Shown here piece by piece: positions 46,803 through 57,251 of a DNA stretch of 64,000 nucleotides; position 1 is the first letter of the stretch; each line of letters begins with the position of its first letter. Where the stretch lies: contig LJNK01000001.1 in assembly GCA_001303025.1 (NCBI GenBank), positions 41 to 64,040 of the forward strand. Direction: 5' to 3'. The notes under the pieces were generated by a model. It searched no databases and had not been told where the DNA came from. It saw nothing but the letters and a program-made list of their open reading frames with translations. The translations under genes and the position numbers were made by a program. The DNA comes from Deltaproteobacteria bacterium SG8_13 (GTDB taxonomy: Bacteria; Desulfobacterota; Desulfobacteria; Desulfobacterales; SG8-13).

Positions 46803-49424
46803 CTAGAGCGGTCTGCCGAGTTGAAACACGAACTGCGGTCCCTTCTGATCCAGGAAATCGGGTTGCACAAGGGGCCAGGCGACACCGGCGCGAAAGGCGG
46901 AGAAGTTGCCCCAGGCGAATTCCAGCGAGGTGACCAGCTCGAAGCCGGCACCCACCAGCAGATCGTCGGAAGTGGGGTTCTCGGCGGCAAACCCGGCGTC
47001 CACGAACGTGCCCAGCCGCAGGCGGTGCAGGTAAAGCGGCAGCGTGGCATAGCCGTACTGCAGGTTGGCCAGCGGCCAGAAGACCTCCACATTTCCGGTC
47101 GCTGCCTTCGGCGCTTCGAGCAGTTCGGAATCAAACCCCCGAATCGGAAACAGCCGGGTGGGCCGCCGGGTGAAGTACCCCTCGCCCACAGAGCCGCCGA
47201 CCCGGAAGGTGGTGTGGCCGGCGGTGGGCTCTCCCCACGACCGGCCGGCCAGCAGGTTTATCGAGGCGAGGATCTGATCGCCGAAAAGCAGGTTCGCTCC
47301 GAATGAGAAAGACTGCCGGTTTTCGGTGAACAGCTCCAGACTGCCCCAGGTTCTGAGCATGGCGAAGCGCCGCGCGAAATCGACACCGATCCACGCTTCT
47401 TCGTCCGATGCGCCGCTTCCTTCCAGGGGGCGGAAGGTGCGCCCGTTCAGCGAAATCTCCGCGCCGTCGATCAGATCGAATCCTTCCCGGGCCCGGAGGA
47501 TGTCGGTCGCTTCCACCAGCTTTTGCTCCACCGGGCGCCAGAACAGCCGGATTTCATTGCGGGCTTCATCGATGGTCTGGTCCAGGGCCGTGGTGTAGGA
47601 GAGCGGATAGCGGGTGTACTGGGTGCCGAATTCTTTGAACTGGAGTCCTGCCCGAAAAGCGAAAAAGTTGGCGTCAAATGAATAGCGAAGTCCGGCGTCG
47701 AACTTGTAATCTCCGGTGACATCCCGGCTTCGGGTGGCCAGGCCGATCTGCAGATCGGTGACGGCCGCAAAAAAGTCCGGTCGGATGTAGTTCGGCCACA
47801 GGCTCTTAAATGGCGAGTACGGCCTGGTTCCGAGCGGTGGGGGGGCTGCTTCTGCTGTCTGTGGCGCGGCGGAGGCCGGCAGCGCAAACGGTGCGAAGCC
47901 GGCCCGGTCGATCTTGTAGTTCATCAGCTTCCAGCCGGAGGGTGTCAGGTCCATGTACTTGCCCTGCCGCGGCAGGATCGCTGCCGTCGTGGAGCGGGAA
48001 AGCTGCTCGCCGCCGGCGTGGATCTGAAACCGGCCCGTTTCGTTGGAGGCATACACCAGGGACTCTCCCTCCCACCAGGGGTCCATCTGCACCGAAGGTG
48101 CCGTGGTCAGGCGATACCAGCGGTTGTCGTACACCCAGATGTCCCAGTTGCCGTCGCGGTTGCCCGCCACCGCGATGCGCCCATTGTCGTCACGCACCGG
48201 TCCGGACAGCTGGATGACTCCCGGCGGGGCTTCGATGAGAGTGGCCGGCTTTTTCTTTTGCTGATCGGCCAACCGAAAACCACCCCGTCCGTCGTCCGGA
48301 AAGATGATCAGCGCAGGCCGTCGGCCCCGGCGGGTTACGGCGACCCGTCCGGGTCCCGGGTCCCAGACATGCCGGAGCCGTTTAAAGGTGGTGGTGCCGG
48401 CCGAATACCGGTAGATTCGGGAACTGTCGTTGTACTCGGAGAGCCAGATCGTTCCGCCGGGTTCGACATAACCGTATCGACCGCGGCTTCGAACCTGCAG
48501 CTTGCCGGGGAAAACCCCGGACCGGTTCCAGTAGACGAACGGTTCGCTCCAGTATCCGGTAATCAGCAGCCCCGGCGGGGATTGTCCCCGGCGGGTGCGG
48601 GTTCGCTGGAAATCCCGCCAGAGCCCGGCGCCGGTTTTGCCGAATACCTGCAAGGCTTTCAGGTCGATTTCAATCGGTACAATGCCCCGGCCGTGCACCT
48701 GCAAAAACTCGAGGATTTTGTCCCAGCCGTATTCCCGGTCGAGCCATGCGAAAAAGGGCCGGCCGAAAATCCGGTAGGCATGATATCCGGGCCAGATCTG
48801 GGGGTGATGGCTGATCAACTCCAGGTCGGGGGTGGGGATGGCTCCAAAGACCGCCTGCTCGAAGGGGCCCAGGATGTCTGTCTGGCGGTACTGGGCATAG
48901 AGAAAGCTGCAGATGCCGTCTTCCACCCACGGCGGCAGGATGACATTGGGAGAGATGAGTTCACCGAAGCCCCGATACAGGAAACCGGGCACCCCGCCGC
49001 GGATCGCGTAGATGCCCTGCAGGCACAGCCCTTTGAACAGATAGTAGTGCCAGGGATCGGCCTCGGTGTAGCCGTCTTCCAGAACCCCCGGCGCCCGCAG
49101 GGGAATGCGGATTTCCAGGTGTGGGATTGTGTATGCCTGCATATCGGGTTCGTCGCGCTCGTCATCCAAAATGATGTGCAAAGGGGTCGGCACCGGCAGA
49201 CCGCGGGCCTGCAGAAAGGAGCGGATTTCCGGCACGCCTTTCATCAGGGCGCTGCCGAGGCCCTGCTCGGTTTCGGGAAAATAAAGGAAGACGCCCTCAT
49301 CTTGGATAAAGACGGGAGCTGCCGCACCGGCGGGCAGCACCCAGAACACCGGCAACACGAGCAAAACGATCAATACAGCCCGACGATTTGCGCCCGGGGA
49401 AAAATTGTGTAGCCAATCAGACAT
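46803..49424 (-). CDS. Large exported protein (about 873 aa): N-terminal globular region, beta-propeller-like middle, C-terminal predicted outer-membrane beta-barrel (Omp85/surface-antigen-like)
   Basis: The signal peptide is RRAVLIVLLVLPVFWVLPAGAAA. The middle carries PD40-like strings such as GRIAVAGNRDGNWDIWVY and ESLVYASNETGRFQIH. The C-terminal roughly 330 aa show an alternating hydrophobic and aromatic beta-strand pattern ending in FVFQLGRPL. The family call is tentative. Confidence 0.5.
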   Translation of the reverse strand: MSDWLHNFSPGANRRAVLIVLLVLPVFWVLPAGAAAPVFIQDEGVFLYFPETEQGLGSALMKGVPEIRSFLQARGLPVPTPLHIILDDERDEPDMQAYTIPHLEIRIPLRAPGVLEDGYTEADPWHYYLFKGLCLQGIYAIRGGVPGFLYRGFGELISPNVILPPWVEDGICSFLYAQYRQTDILGPFEQAVFGAIPTPDLELISHHPQIWPGYHAYRIFGRPFFAWLDREYGWDKILEFLQVHGRGIVPIEIDLKALQVFGKTGAGLWRDFQRTRTRRGQSPPGLLITGYWSEPFVYWNRSGVFPGKLQVRSRGRYGYVEPGGTIWLSEYNDSSRIYRYSAGTTTFKRLRHVWDPGPGRVAVTRRGRRPALIIFPDDGRGGFRLADQQKKKPATLIEAPPGVIQLSGPVRDDNGRIAVAGNRDGNWDIWVYDNRWYRLTTAPSVQMDPWWEGESLVYASNETGRFQIHAGGEQLSRSTTAAILPRQGKYMDLTPSGWKLMNYKIDRAGFAPFALPASAAPQTAEAAPPPLGTRPYSPFKSLWPNYIRPDFFAAVTDLQIGLATRSRDVTGDYKFDAGLRYSFDANFFAFRAGLQFKEFGTQYTRYPLSYTTALDQTIDEARNEIRLFWRPVEQKLVEATDILRAREGFDLIDGAEISLNGRTFRPLEGSGASDEEAWIGVDFARRFAMLRTWGSLELFTENRQSFSFGANLLFGDQILASINLLAGRSWGEPTAGHTTFRVGGSVGEGYFTRRPTRLFPIRGFDSELLEAPKAATGNVEVFWPLANLQYGYATLPLYLHRLRLGTFVDAGFAAENPTSDDLLVGAGFELVTSLEFAWGNFSAFRAGVAWPLVQPDFLDQKGPQFVFQLGRPL

Positions 49425-49457
49425 CGAACCGATACCGTGCAACTCAACATTGTGGTG

Positions 49458-49477
49458 CCATCAGACAGGGCTGATGG
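49458..49477. promoter_or_regulatory. Perfect 7-bp stem / 6-nt loop hairpin (CCATCAG-acaggg-CTGATGG) between acpH and the outer-membrane-type gene
   Basis: The hairpin is visible directly in the sequence. No U-tract follows on either strand, so it is not a classical terminator. It could be an acpH 3' structure or an operator or leader element of the downstream gene. Confidence 0.25.
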
Positions 49478-49541
49478 GTCGTTCGCAGAATCCAGCCAGG
49501 TGGAGAACGGAAAAATGAACATAAAACCCAAAATACGTGGG

Positions 49542-50129
49542 CTATAACGGATCTGGACGATAATTGCGAGCAAATTCGATAAGATCGGGAAAGAAAGCGG
49601 AAAAATTGTCCTCCAGAGCGCCGTAGCAGGCGGTGATATCGGCCATGGCGTCATCGAGCCGGATGTTGGCGCTCAGACGCCTGGAGATCCGCATCAGGGT
49701 CAGCTCCACCCCCTCAAGGGAACGGTAGCTGGAGAGCCAGTTCTGCTCGCGCATACGCGGCAAAACCTGGCGAAACCGCTTGGGCAGAAGATCGATGTGC
49801 GACTGCAGCAGATCGTATATGCCCGCGATGAACACCGCCAGTTCGATTTCGGCATACCGGCCCCAGTTTTTGGCCAGAAAATGATCGTAGCAGATGTCCA
49901 GAACGATACCGGCCGTTCGACGACGGTGGGGCGCAAACAGCCTTCGGCTGGCGGCGGTCATGTGGTGACCGTCGGCAAAGGCATCGACCTTGCGATGAAA
50001 GACAATGCCGGCGGCGATCTGCCGGTCGTACTTTTTATCGGCGCTGCCCTTAACGAAGTCGGCGATCAGGTTGCCGATCAGAAACCGGTCGGTCGAGTCT
50101 GCCAGGTAGGCGTGGGCCAGGTAGTTCAT
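49542..50129 (-). CDS. acpH: Acyl carrier protein phosphodiesterase
   Basis: MNYLAHAYLADSTDRFLIGNLIADFVKG...HRKVDAFAD matches the AcpH N-terminal signature, and the length (195 aa) fits. Confidence 0.85.
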   Translation of the reverse strand: MNYLAHAYLADSTDRFLIGNLIADFVKGSADKKYDRQIAAGIVFHRKVDAFADGHHMTAASRRLFAPHRRRTAGIVLDICYDHFLAKNWGRYAEIELAVFIAGIYDLLQSHIDLLPKRFRQVLPRMREQNWLSSYRSLEGVELTLMRISRRLSANIRLDDAMADITACYGALEDNFSAFFPDLIEFARNYRPDPL

Positions 50130-50398
50130 CGGGGTTGCTGCGCTCGTTTCGCCGGTTGCCGGGTTTCGGGTTTGGGGGCTCCCAAATGAGCAGATGTTGT
50201 TACATTATTGTGTCTATTGAGCCCGTGATTCGACATTTGTGTCATAAACTCATCCTCCTCAGGTTGCCGATCTTATTTGAGAACATACGATATCATCCTG
50301 TTACTATACAGCAATTACGTTTTCACACCCGGCCGGTGACGATGGGCATATTCTTTGCAGTTACCCTAATACTTTCACACACAACCCCGGAGGTTCTG

Positions 50399-50593
50399 AT
50401 GGAATCGGACATTCAATCGATGAACAAGCCCACCGATCAGTCATCCCAAACACGATACGCCGTCTGCGCGGAATGCGGACACCGGATCAAGGCGAGTGCC
50501 GAACGGCTTCGTGTCGGTGACTGCTCTTTTATCTGCGATCAATGCTACAAGCATCTTTCCTTCCCGGAGAATGTGATCCGCTGCTGCGAGTGA
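50399..50593 (+). CDS. Small zinc-ribbon-like protein (64 aa), hypothetical
   Basis: The ATG at 50399 is preceded by GGAGG. There are two Cys pairs, CAECGH...CDQC. The upstream part of the track ORF has no coding support. Confidence 0.35.
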   Translation: MESDIQSMNKPTDQSSQTRYAVCAECGHRIKASAERLRVGDCSFICDQCYKHLSFPENVIRCCE

Positions 50594-50620
50594 GCGCCGG
50601 CGGGTGCTGCGGTTCGCGTC

Positions 50621-53600
50621 CTATCCGCTGTTCCCGTTTCTCAATGCTGCCGCCGTGCGCCTGCGGTAGCGTCGTCTCAAGGATATTTTCATCTGTTCAT
50701 AAAATTCGTAGTTGGTCGGAGTGATCAGCAGCGTCAGAAACGTTGCGCTGGACAACCCGGCCACAAAAGCAGTGGCCATCGGTGCCCACTCGATGGAACG
50801 GTTCGGGATGCCGATCGCCATCGGCAGCAGCCCCAGCATGGTGGTCACTGTGGTGATGATCACCGGCCGCATGCGGGCGGCGCACGATTCGATGATGGCC
50901 TCCCGCAAGTCTTTGCCCTCCCGCCTGCGCACGTTCATGAAATCGATCAGCAGCAGGGTGTCATTAACGGCAATACCGGCCAGGCCGACAATGGCCAGAA
51001 AACTGCCCACCGTGAAGGGGGTGCGGGTGACCAGCAGCCCCAGGACCACGCCGATCAGCGCATAGGGAACCGCATTGATGATGATGACCGGTTGGAAGTA
51101 GTCTTTGAACTGGGAAGCCAGCACGAGGTAGATCAGCATCAGGGCGATGAAAAAGGCGAATGTCAGTGACGTGTAGGATTTGCTGGTGGACTCGAACTCT
51201 CCGCCGAAGGATATCGATATGCCGGGGAACATGTCGCTGTGGCCCTGATAATAGCTCTTGACCAGGTACTGCACCCGGGCTGGTGACAGCTGGGACCCGT
51301 CGGCGATATTCGAGGTGATCGTCACAGCCGGCTTGCCTTTGTAACGCATGCGCACGTTGGGTTCGGATTCAAATTCGATGCGCACCAGGTCCCTGAGCAG
51401 AACCGGTGAAGCGCTGTCTTCGACCACCGGGACATCCAGGATATCCGTCGGATCCGACAAGCCGGCCGCCGAAGGGTTACCGGAGTCGTCATACCGGGCG
51501 ATTCTCACCAGCAGATCGACCTCTTCATCATCCGTTCTGAAGTTGCCGGCATATCGCCCGTTGAGGGCGCCGGCCACCAGGGTGGTGACATCACCGGGCA
51601 GCAGACCGAACTCAAACGCCTTTTCGGCCACAGGTGCATATTTGACGGTGCGGTACAGGGCCGGCCGGTCATCGCCCAGATCCACCAGGTCGGCAAGCTC
51701 GGCCTCGGTTTGCATGTAACCAATCAAAGCGTCGGTGGCCCGGAAGGCTTGTTGGAGGGCGGCTGCGGTGATGCGGATGTTGACCGCTTTGCCCGCCGGG
51801 GGTCCGCCGCTTTCTTCGAAGACTTTGACCACCGGAGCGGCGGCGCTGCCACCGTATCTTTCCCGGGCGAAACGCTGCACTTCGCGACGCATGAATTCCA
51901 GGTGACGCATCGGTTCGTTTCGCGGGTTTTCGGGGAAATCCTGCATTTTCTGCTCCGGCATGGTGACGATGATCTGGCCGAAGTTGTTGCCGCTGTGGCG
52001 CACATAGTCTTCGTCTTCATAAAAGCCGGCGCTGCCGGCCGCCGACTGGGCGGATTGCTGCCCGAAGGACATGATGAACCGCGACAGTTCCCGCACCACT
52101 TCATCGGTCTTTTCGATGGAAGAGCCCACCGGCGTGGCGATGGTGACGTGATAGCGAAAATAGGTGCCGGGAAAGAACTTAACCTTGATCAGTGGCAAAA
52201 CCCCGGAGATGGACAACCCCAAAATCGCCACGGTGGAAAGAAAGAGCATCGACATGCCGGCAAAGCAAAGCAGCTTATGGTTCAGCAGGAAAACCACCGC
52301 TGTCCGGTAGATCTTCCAGAACGGTGCGAACAGTCCTGCGCGAAGATGGTGAAAGGGATCCTGGTCATTCTCATCAGCGCGTTTGCGGTCAGCTTTTTTG
52401 GGGCCCCAGTCGAGAAAGTGGATCGGCAGAATGAACAGCGCTTCCACCAGCGAGGCGGCCAGGGCAAAACTGACGGTCTTGGGGATGTAGGCAAAGAAGT
52501 CGCCGGTGCTGCCGGTCATGATCAGCATGGGCAGAAACGCCAGCACCGTGGTGACTGCCGAGCTGATCACCGGCAGCATGACTTCGGCGGTTCCATCGAT
52601 GACGGCCTGTCGGCGGGATTTGCCCATTTCAAAGTGGCGGAAGATGTTTTCCACGATGATGACCGCGTCATCGACCATGATGCCGGTCACCAGCACGAAG
52701 GCGAACAGGCTGATGCTGTTGAGGGATACGTTGTTGAGCTTCATCACCAGGATGGAGCACAGAAACGCAAACGGGATGCCGATGGCGGTGAGCATGGCGT
52801 TGCGAAATCCGAGGCTGATCCACAAAACGATGAGTACCAGGGCCATGCCCAGAATGAGGTTGCCACCGAGGGTGTGAAGCGAGTCGTTGATTTCAATGGT
52901 GGAGTCGTTGGTGAAAATCACCTCGATACCGTCGCGCTGGTGAAGTGCCTCGAACTGTTCGGAAAGCTTCTTGACGGCCGCGGATATGGCCACCGCATTT
53001 CCCGATTCCTCCTTGCTGACCAACAAGCGCACGGTGTTGCGACCGTTTACCGACGGTATCAGTGACGGGTCGCGGTGACTGAGCCTGGCGTTGGACACCA
53101 GGTCGGCGACCCGGATGAAATTCCCGTCACCGTCCCGGCGAACCACGACATTGAGAACCTTTTCCTGTGAATTGAGCTTACTGCCGGCATCCAGCATGTA
53201 CTCGCTGTCGAGCTTGCGAAAACGGCCGGTGGGGTACTTGGTATTGGCCGATTCGATGGCGGCGGCCAGCTGTTGGAAAGTGATGCCGTAACGTCTCAGT
53301 TTGGCCGGATCGGCGGAGACATGAAATTCGTCCACAAAGTCTCCTTCGATGGCCACATCCCGCAAACTGTCGATCGACAGCAGTCGGGTGCGCAGCTCTT
53401 CGGCATACAGTTTCAGGCTGCGCTGGGGCAGATCGCCGGCAATGTTTACGATCACCACCGGCAGCCAGGCATTGGTGTCCATGTAGAGGAAGCTGGGATC
53501 ATCGACTTCAGGGGGCAGTTCGCTTCTGATGTTCAGGACGCGGAAGCGCAGGTCGTCGTAGAGTTTCTTGTAATCCGAATCGTCGATGAACTTGACGTTG

Positions 53601-53875
53601 ATAAAAGAAAAGTTGCGGTAGGATTGAGACTGAATCCACTCGACGTTTTCCAGGCCGTCGAGCGCCTCTTCGATTTTGGTGGTAACCAGCTGTTCGACAT
53701 CTTCGGCCGATGCGCCGAAATATACGGTCTGGACGAAGACATTGCCCATGTCCACCACCGGGTAGTTCTCCAAGGGAGTGGTAAACACCGCATATGATCC
53801 GGCGACAACGAGAATCACGAAGACCACGTTGATGAATACCGACTGCCGTATGGAAAATTTGACGACCGGGCGCAT
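50621..53875 (-). CDS. RND efflux transporter permease (AcrB/HAE-type, 1084 aa)
   Basis: The product has 12-TM RND architecture with two large periplasmic loops. The N-terminus FSIRQSVFINVVFVILVVAG and repeated GIMVDDAVIIVENI / GIAVNDTLLLIDF motifs support the call. Confidence 0.95.
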   Translation of the reverse strand: MRPVVKFSIRQSVFINVVFVILVVAGSYAVFTTPLENYPVVDMGNVFVQTVYFGASAEDVEQLVTTKIEEALDGLENVEWIQSQSYRNFSFINVKFIDDSDYKKLYDDLRFRVLNIRSELPPEVDDPSFLYMDTNAWLPVVIVNIAGDLPQRSLKLYAEELRTRLLSIDSLRDVAIEGDFVDEFHVSADPAKLRRYGITFQQLAAAIESANTKYPTGRFRKLDSEYMLDAGSKLNSQEKVLNVVVRRDGDGNFIRVADLVSNARLSHRDPSLIPSVNGRNTVRLLVSKEESGNAVAISAAVKKLSEQFEALHQRDGIEVIFTNDSTIEINDSLHTLGGNLILGMALVLIVLWISLGFRNAMLTAIGIPFAFLCSILVMKLNNVSLNSISLFAFVLVTGIMVDDAVIIVENIFRHFEMGKSRRQAVIDGTAEVMLPVISSAVTTVLAFLPMLIMTGSTGDFFAYIPKTVSFALAASLVEALFILPIHFLDWGPKKADRKRADENDQDPFHHLRAGLFAPFWKIYRTAVVFLLNHKLLCFAGMSMLFLSTVAILGLSISGVLPLIKVKFFPGTYFRYHVTIATPVGSSIEKTDEVVRELSRFIMSFGQQSAQSAAGSAGFYEDEDYVRHSGNNFGQIIVTMPEQKMQDFPENPRNEPMRHLEFMRREVQRFARERYGGSAAAPVVKVFEESGGPPAGKAVNIRITAAALQQAFRATDALIGYMQTEAELADLVDLGDDRPALYRTVKYAPVAEKAFEFGLLPGDVTTLVAGALNGRYAGNFRTDDEEVDLLVRIARYDDSGNPSAAGLSDPTDILDVPVVEDSASPVLLRDLVRIEFESEPNVRMRYKGKPAVTITSNIADGSQLSPARVQYLVKSYYQGHSDMFPGISISFGGEFESTSKSYTSLTFAFFIALMLIYLVLASQFKDYFQPVIIINAVPYALIGVVLGLLVTRTPFTVGSFLAIVGLAGIAVNDTLLLIDFMNVRRREGKDLREAIIESCAARMRPVIITTVTTMLGLLPMAIGIPNRSIEWAPMATAFVAGLSSATFLTLLITPTNYEFYEQMKISLRRRYRRRTAAALRNGNSG

Positions 53876-53970
53876 AGGAATCGTTTTCGTCTTCCTGCCG
53901 GAGATTCACGCTGCCGCTGGAACGGACTGCGTGCAGTACGAAGACCGCAGTTGATTTTCAGGCGGAAAAA

Positions 53971-54978
53971 TTAATTGTTGTCGGCCAGCTCCACCCCCGG
54001 CATCAGTTGCCGGGTTTCAGCAATGATATAGTGGTCGTTGGATTCGCCCAAGATCATCACCTGGACTTCTTCACCGGTAGTTCGGATTCTGACCCTCGGA
54101 TTTTCATAGCGGGTGATGACGGCGTCTTTGGGGACTCGCAAGCCCTCGGTTTCGATTTGCAGGGGAAGGTTGAGAAGAAGACCGCCGCGCTTTTCGCCGC
54201 GGTAGCGGCCTACGATCAGCTCGATGTTCAGTTTACGTGTTTCTTCGTCAAATTCTGGATTGATCCAGTTGACTTCGGTCTCCACGGGTTCGCTTTCCAG
54301 ATAAGCGGTAAAGGGCGATGAGAGCCGGCGAATAGCGGCAAGCTCTCTGCCGGAAACCGACAGCGGGACGATCAGCTCGCGGTAGTCGGCCACCCTTCCC
54401 ATGGCCGTGCCGGTCGCGACGATCTCGCCGCTTTCGACAAACCTGTCCGTCACGATCCAACCGTCGGGGGCGGATACGCGGTGGCGCCGCTTGCGTTCCG
54501 CCAGCTCCGCCAGGGCCGTCTTTACTTCGGCAATCCGCACGCGGATCGACTCACTTTCCAGCTTCGCCTGGGACAGATCTTCGGCCGCCTTGTCCCATTG
54601 GGTCTCGGCCGTGCTTTGACCGCGAAACAGCCGATCGATTCGAGTGAATTCCTTTTCCAAATAGCCGATCCGCGACTGGCTTCTTTGAAAGTCGATCTCC
54701 AGGTTGTGCAGGGATTGACGGGTGCTTTCCAGCTGAAAGTCGATAAAGGTCGGGTCGATTTCTGCAAATGGGGACTTGGCGACAACCTGGCCGACATCGT
54801 AGTTGACCCGCAGGATCTTGCCCGAAACCTCCGAGGATACGGTCACGGTCGATTGGGCGCGGGTGTAGCCGGATAGAACCACCTCCTTGGTAGCCTTTTC
54901 GACCCGGAAGTCATCCTGCGCGGTTGCAGATGTCGCAAGAATCAGCAAAGTGAATAGCGCATGGGCTATAAAGCGCAT
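53971..54978 (-). CDS. RND efflux periplasmic adaptor (MFP/HlyD family)
   Basis: There is a signal peptide. SSEVSGKILRVNYDVGQVV is a lipoyl-like hairpin, followed by a coiled-coil segment and a beta-barrel domain. It lies immediately upstream of the RND pump. Confidence 0.85.
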   Translation of the reverse strand: MRFIAHALFTLLILATSATAQDDFRVEKATKEVVLSGYTRAQSTVTVSSEVSGKILRVNYDVGQVVAKSPFAEIDPTFIDFQLESTRQSLHNLEIDFQRSQSRIGYLEKEFTRIDRLFRGQSTAETQWDKAAEDLSQAKLESESIRVRIAEVKTALAELAERKRRHRVSAPDGWIVTDRFVESGEIVATGTAMGRVADYRELIVPLSVSGRELAAIRRLSSPFTAYLESEPVETEVNWINPEFDEETRKLNIELIVGRYRGEKRGGLLLNLPLQIETEGLRVPKDAVITRYENPRVRIRTTGEEVQVMILGESNDHYIIAETRQLMPGVELADNN

Positions 54979-55006
54979 AAACAGGTTCCCATCCTTCGGG
55001 TATCGG

Positions 55007-56344
55007 TTAAAACTGGGATTCCTCGGTCGAACCTGTCAAGGCTCCCACGGAGGTTTCACCGGTTGTGACGGCGTTCATCACCCGATCGAAATAACCGGTG
55101 CCGACGAATTTCTGGTGAGTCGTGGCCATATAGCCATCCTCTTTGCCGAACCGGAATTCTTCCTCCTGGAACCGTGCGTAAGCCGCCATGCCTTCTTTGC
55201 GGTAGCTTTGGGCCAGGTCGAACATACCCAGGTTCAGGGCGTGAAACCCGGCCAGGGTTACGAATTGAAATTTATAACCCATGGCGGCCAGCTCCCGCTG
55301 AAATTTTGCAATGGTGGCCTGATCGAGGTTTGCCTTCCAGTTGAAAGACGGAGAGCAGTTGTAGGCCAGCAGTTTGCCGGGGAATTTCTCATGGATGCCC
55401 TCGGCAAACCGTTTGGCCTGTTGCAGGTCCGGCGTGGAAGTCTCGCACCAAACCATGTCGGCGTATGGCGCGTAAGACAGCCCGCGGGCGATGGCCGATT
55501 CCACGCCGCTCTTAACGTAGAAAAACCCCTCCGACGAGCGCTGTCGGTCGAGAAGGAAGGGTTTGTCTCGTTCATCGTGGTCACTGGTGATCAACCGCGC
55601 GGCGTCGGCATCGGTTCGGGCCACCAGGACGGTGGGTACCCCGCAGATGTCTGCCGCCAACCGCGCGGCTGCCAGTTTGTTGATAAATTCTGCGGTTGGA
55701 ACCAGGACCTTGCCGCCCAGGTGGCCGCACTTTTTGGCGGAAGCCAGTTGATCTTCGAAATGGACCCCTGCCGCCCCGGCCTCGATCATCTGTTTCATCA
55801 GTTCGAACGCATTCAGGGGCCCGCCGAAACCGGCCTCGGCATCGGCCACAATGGGGGCAAACCAGTAGGGGCCTTTTTTGCGCCCATCCAGAATCTGGAT
55901 TTGATCGGCGCGCTGCAAGGCGTTGTTGATCCGCCTGACCACTGCCGGAACGCTGTTGGAAGGGTACAGGCTCTGGTCCGGATACATCTGCCCGGCAAGG
56001 TTGGCGTCGGCAGCCACCTGCCAGCCGCTCAGGTAAATGGCCTGCAGTCCTGCTTCCACCTGCTGGACCGCCTGGTTGCCGGTCAGGGCGCCCAGCGCGG
56101 CAATATACGATTCTTTTTGCAGCAACAGCCAGAGGCGCTTGGCCCCCACCCGGGCGAACGAGTGCTCGACATGCAGGTTGCCCCGCAGTTTTAGCACTTC
56201 CTCGGCCGAGTAGGGCCGGACGATTCCTTCCCAGCGAGGATCGTTTTCCCATGACTCTTTCAGGTCGGTGACTTCGTCTGCAACGACCTCGCGACACGAG
56301 AGCCTTTCGCAGATCTCTTCAGCCTTTTCATCGACAGTTTTCAT
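55007..56344 (-). CDS. aceA: Isocitrate lyase
   Basis: The ATG at 56344 is preceded by GGAAGGGGG. Diagnostic stretches are [30 protein letters not shown] and the signature [14 protein letters not shown]. The track ORF has a 41-aa upstream extension. Confidence 0.9.
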   Translation of the reverse strand: MKTVDEKAEEICERLSCREVVADEVTDLKESWENDPRWEGIVRPYSAEEVLKLRGNLHVEHSFARVGAKRLWLLLQKESYIAALGALTGNQAVQQVEAGLQAIYLSGWQVAADANLAGQMYPDQSLYPSNSVPAVVRRINNALQRADQIQILDGRKKGPYWFAPIVADAEAGFGGPLNAFELMKQMIEAGAAGVHFEDQLASAKKCGHLGGKVLVPTAEFINKLAAARLAADICGVPTVLVARTDADAARLITSDHDERDKPFLLDRQRSSEGFFYVKSGVESAIARGLSYAPYADMVWCETSTPDLQQAKRFAEGIHEKFPGKLLAYNCSPSFNWKANLDQATIAKFQRELAAMGYKFQFVTLAGFHALNLGMFDLAQSYRKEGMAAYARFQEEEFRFGKEDGYMATTHQKFVGTGYFDRVMNAVTTGETSVGALTGSTEESQF

Positions 56345-56408
56345 ACTTGCCCCCTTCCGGTGATGCTTGCCCGCTGCCCGCGTGGCGGGCTGGTTCGTCG
56401 TTTGCGCG

Positions 56409-56786
56409 TCAGTGGCACCCGCAGCAGCTGTCACCACAGTTGGCGACGTCCGCCAGGGTCCTGACAACCTCCCGGCTGCTTGCCGGTGATATATCCAGAA
56501 TGCGCGCTTTCAACGCGATCGAATCCGACCCCCCGGAAGCGTGAACGGCGGGTATACGAATGTGTCCGAAAAACTCCGGTATCTGATTCGGCTGCAACTG
56601 CAGTTGCACCTCGTCGCCGACGGTTTTTTGCGCCAGGGCAAACTCGAAGGGCGTCAGCCCCGACGAGCCCAATCCATAGACAAACTCGATTGTTGGAAAG
56701 GATGCGGATGCACTTTCCGTATCCGGGGTGCTGCCGGTTTCCAGGGATAGCCTTATTTTTTGCATATACTCGACTTTAGCCTTCAC
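56409..56786 (-). CDS. Small FKBP/SlyD-like-fold protein lacking the insert-in-flap domain, with a C-terminal Cys-rich tail (CGDSCCGCH)
   Basis: GTG start with GGAGG 4 nt upstream. [32 protein letters not shown] and [18 protein letters not shown] resemble the SlyD FKBP core. The terminal CCGCH recalls the Cys/His tail of SlyD-type chaperones. The call is tentative. Confidence 0.45.
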   Translation of the reverse strand: MKAKVEYMQKIRLSLETGSTPDTESASASFPTIEFVYGLGSSGLTPFEFALAQKTVGDEVQLQLQPNQIPEFFGHIRIPAVHASGGSDSIALKARILDISPASSREVVRTLADVANCGDSCCGCH

Positions 56787-57251
56787 TGTACCTCCTTTGG
56801 GACAACCGGGTGACCCGTCGGAATGATTGAATAATTATCAACAACATAGGACAACCGCCGGAATTTGGCAACCGCAGCCAAAGCCATTTTTTGAAAGGTT
56901 TGCCACCGCCTCTTCACGTTACATGCCATTCTGGAGCGCAGCCGACGCTGCGATCTGCGAAAATCCCCCGGACGTCTCACCAATTGGCGAAATTCCGGTA
57001 GGTTCGCATGCGACAGGCACCTGGTTTCATTTTTACAGCCCTGCTCTTTTGACTTCCGGGTCAACCTGCCGGTTTTCAGGTCGTGCTGCGGTGTCGGAAA
57101 CAGCCGCAAACTCTTTACAATTTCTAAAAATATTGATAAGTTATTAGGGTCAGCCCTGAAGTGGTAGCCAGTTGATTCCGGTCGGTCGCCGACCCAGTCT
57201 TTCCCTTTCCGGCCGTTGTCCCGGCCGCGTGTTGTACCCAGGATGGTGATC

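Noticed and set aside
56855-56905. Possible sigma54 promoter (TGGC...TTGC elements) and a TTTGGC-N7-GCCAAA inverted repeat (56864-56882) upstream of the SlyD-like/aceA genes
   Set aside because: The spacing between the GG and GC elements is wrong for sigma54 in every register I tried (9 or 15 nt instead of 11). The 6-bp inverted repeat is real but too short to interpret, so I did not annotate it.
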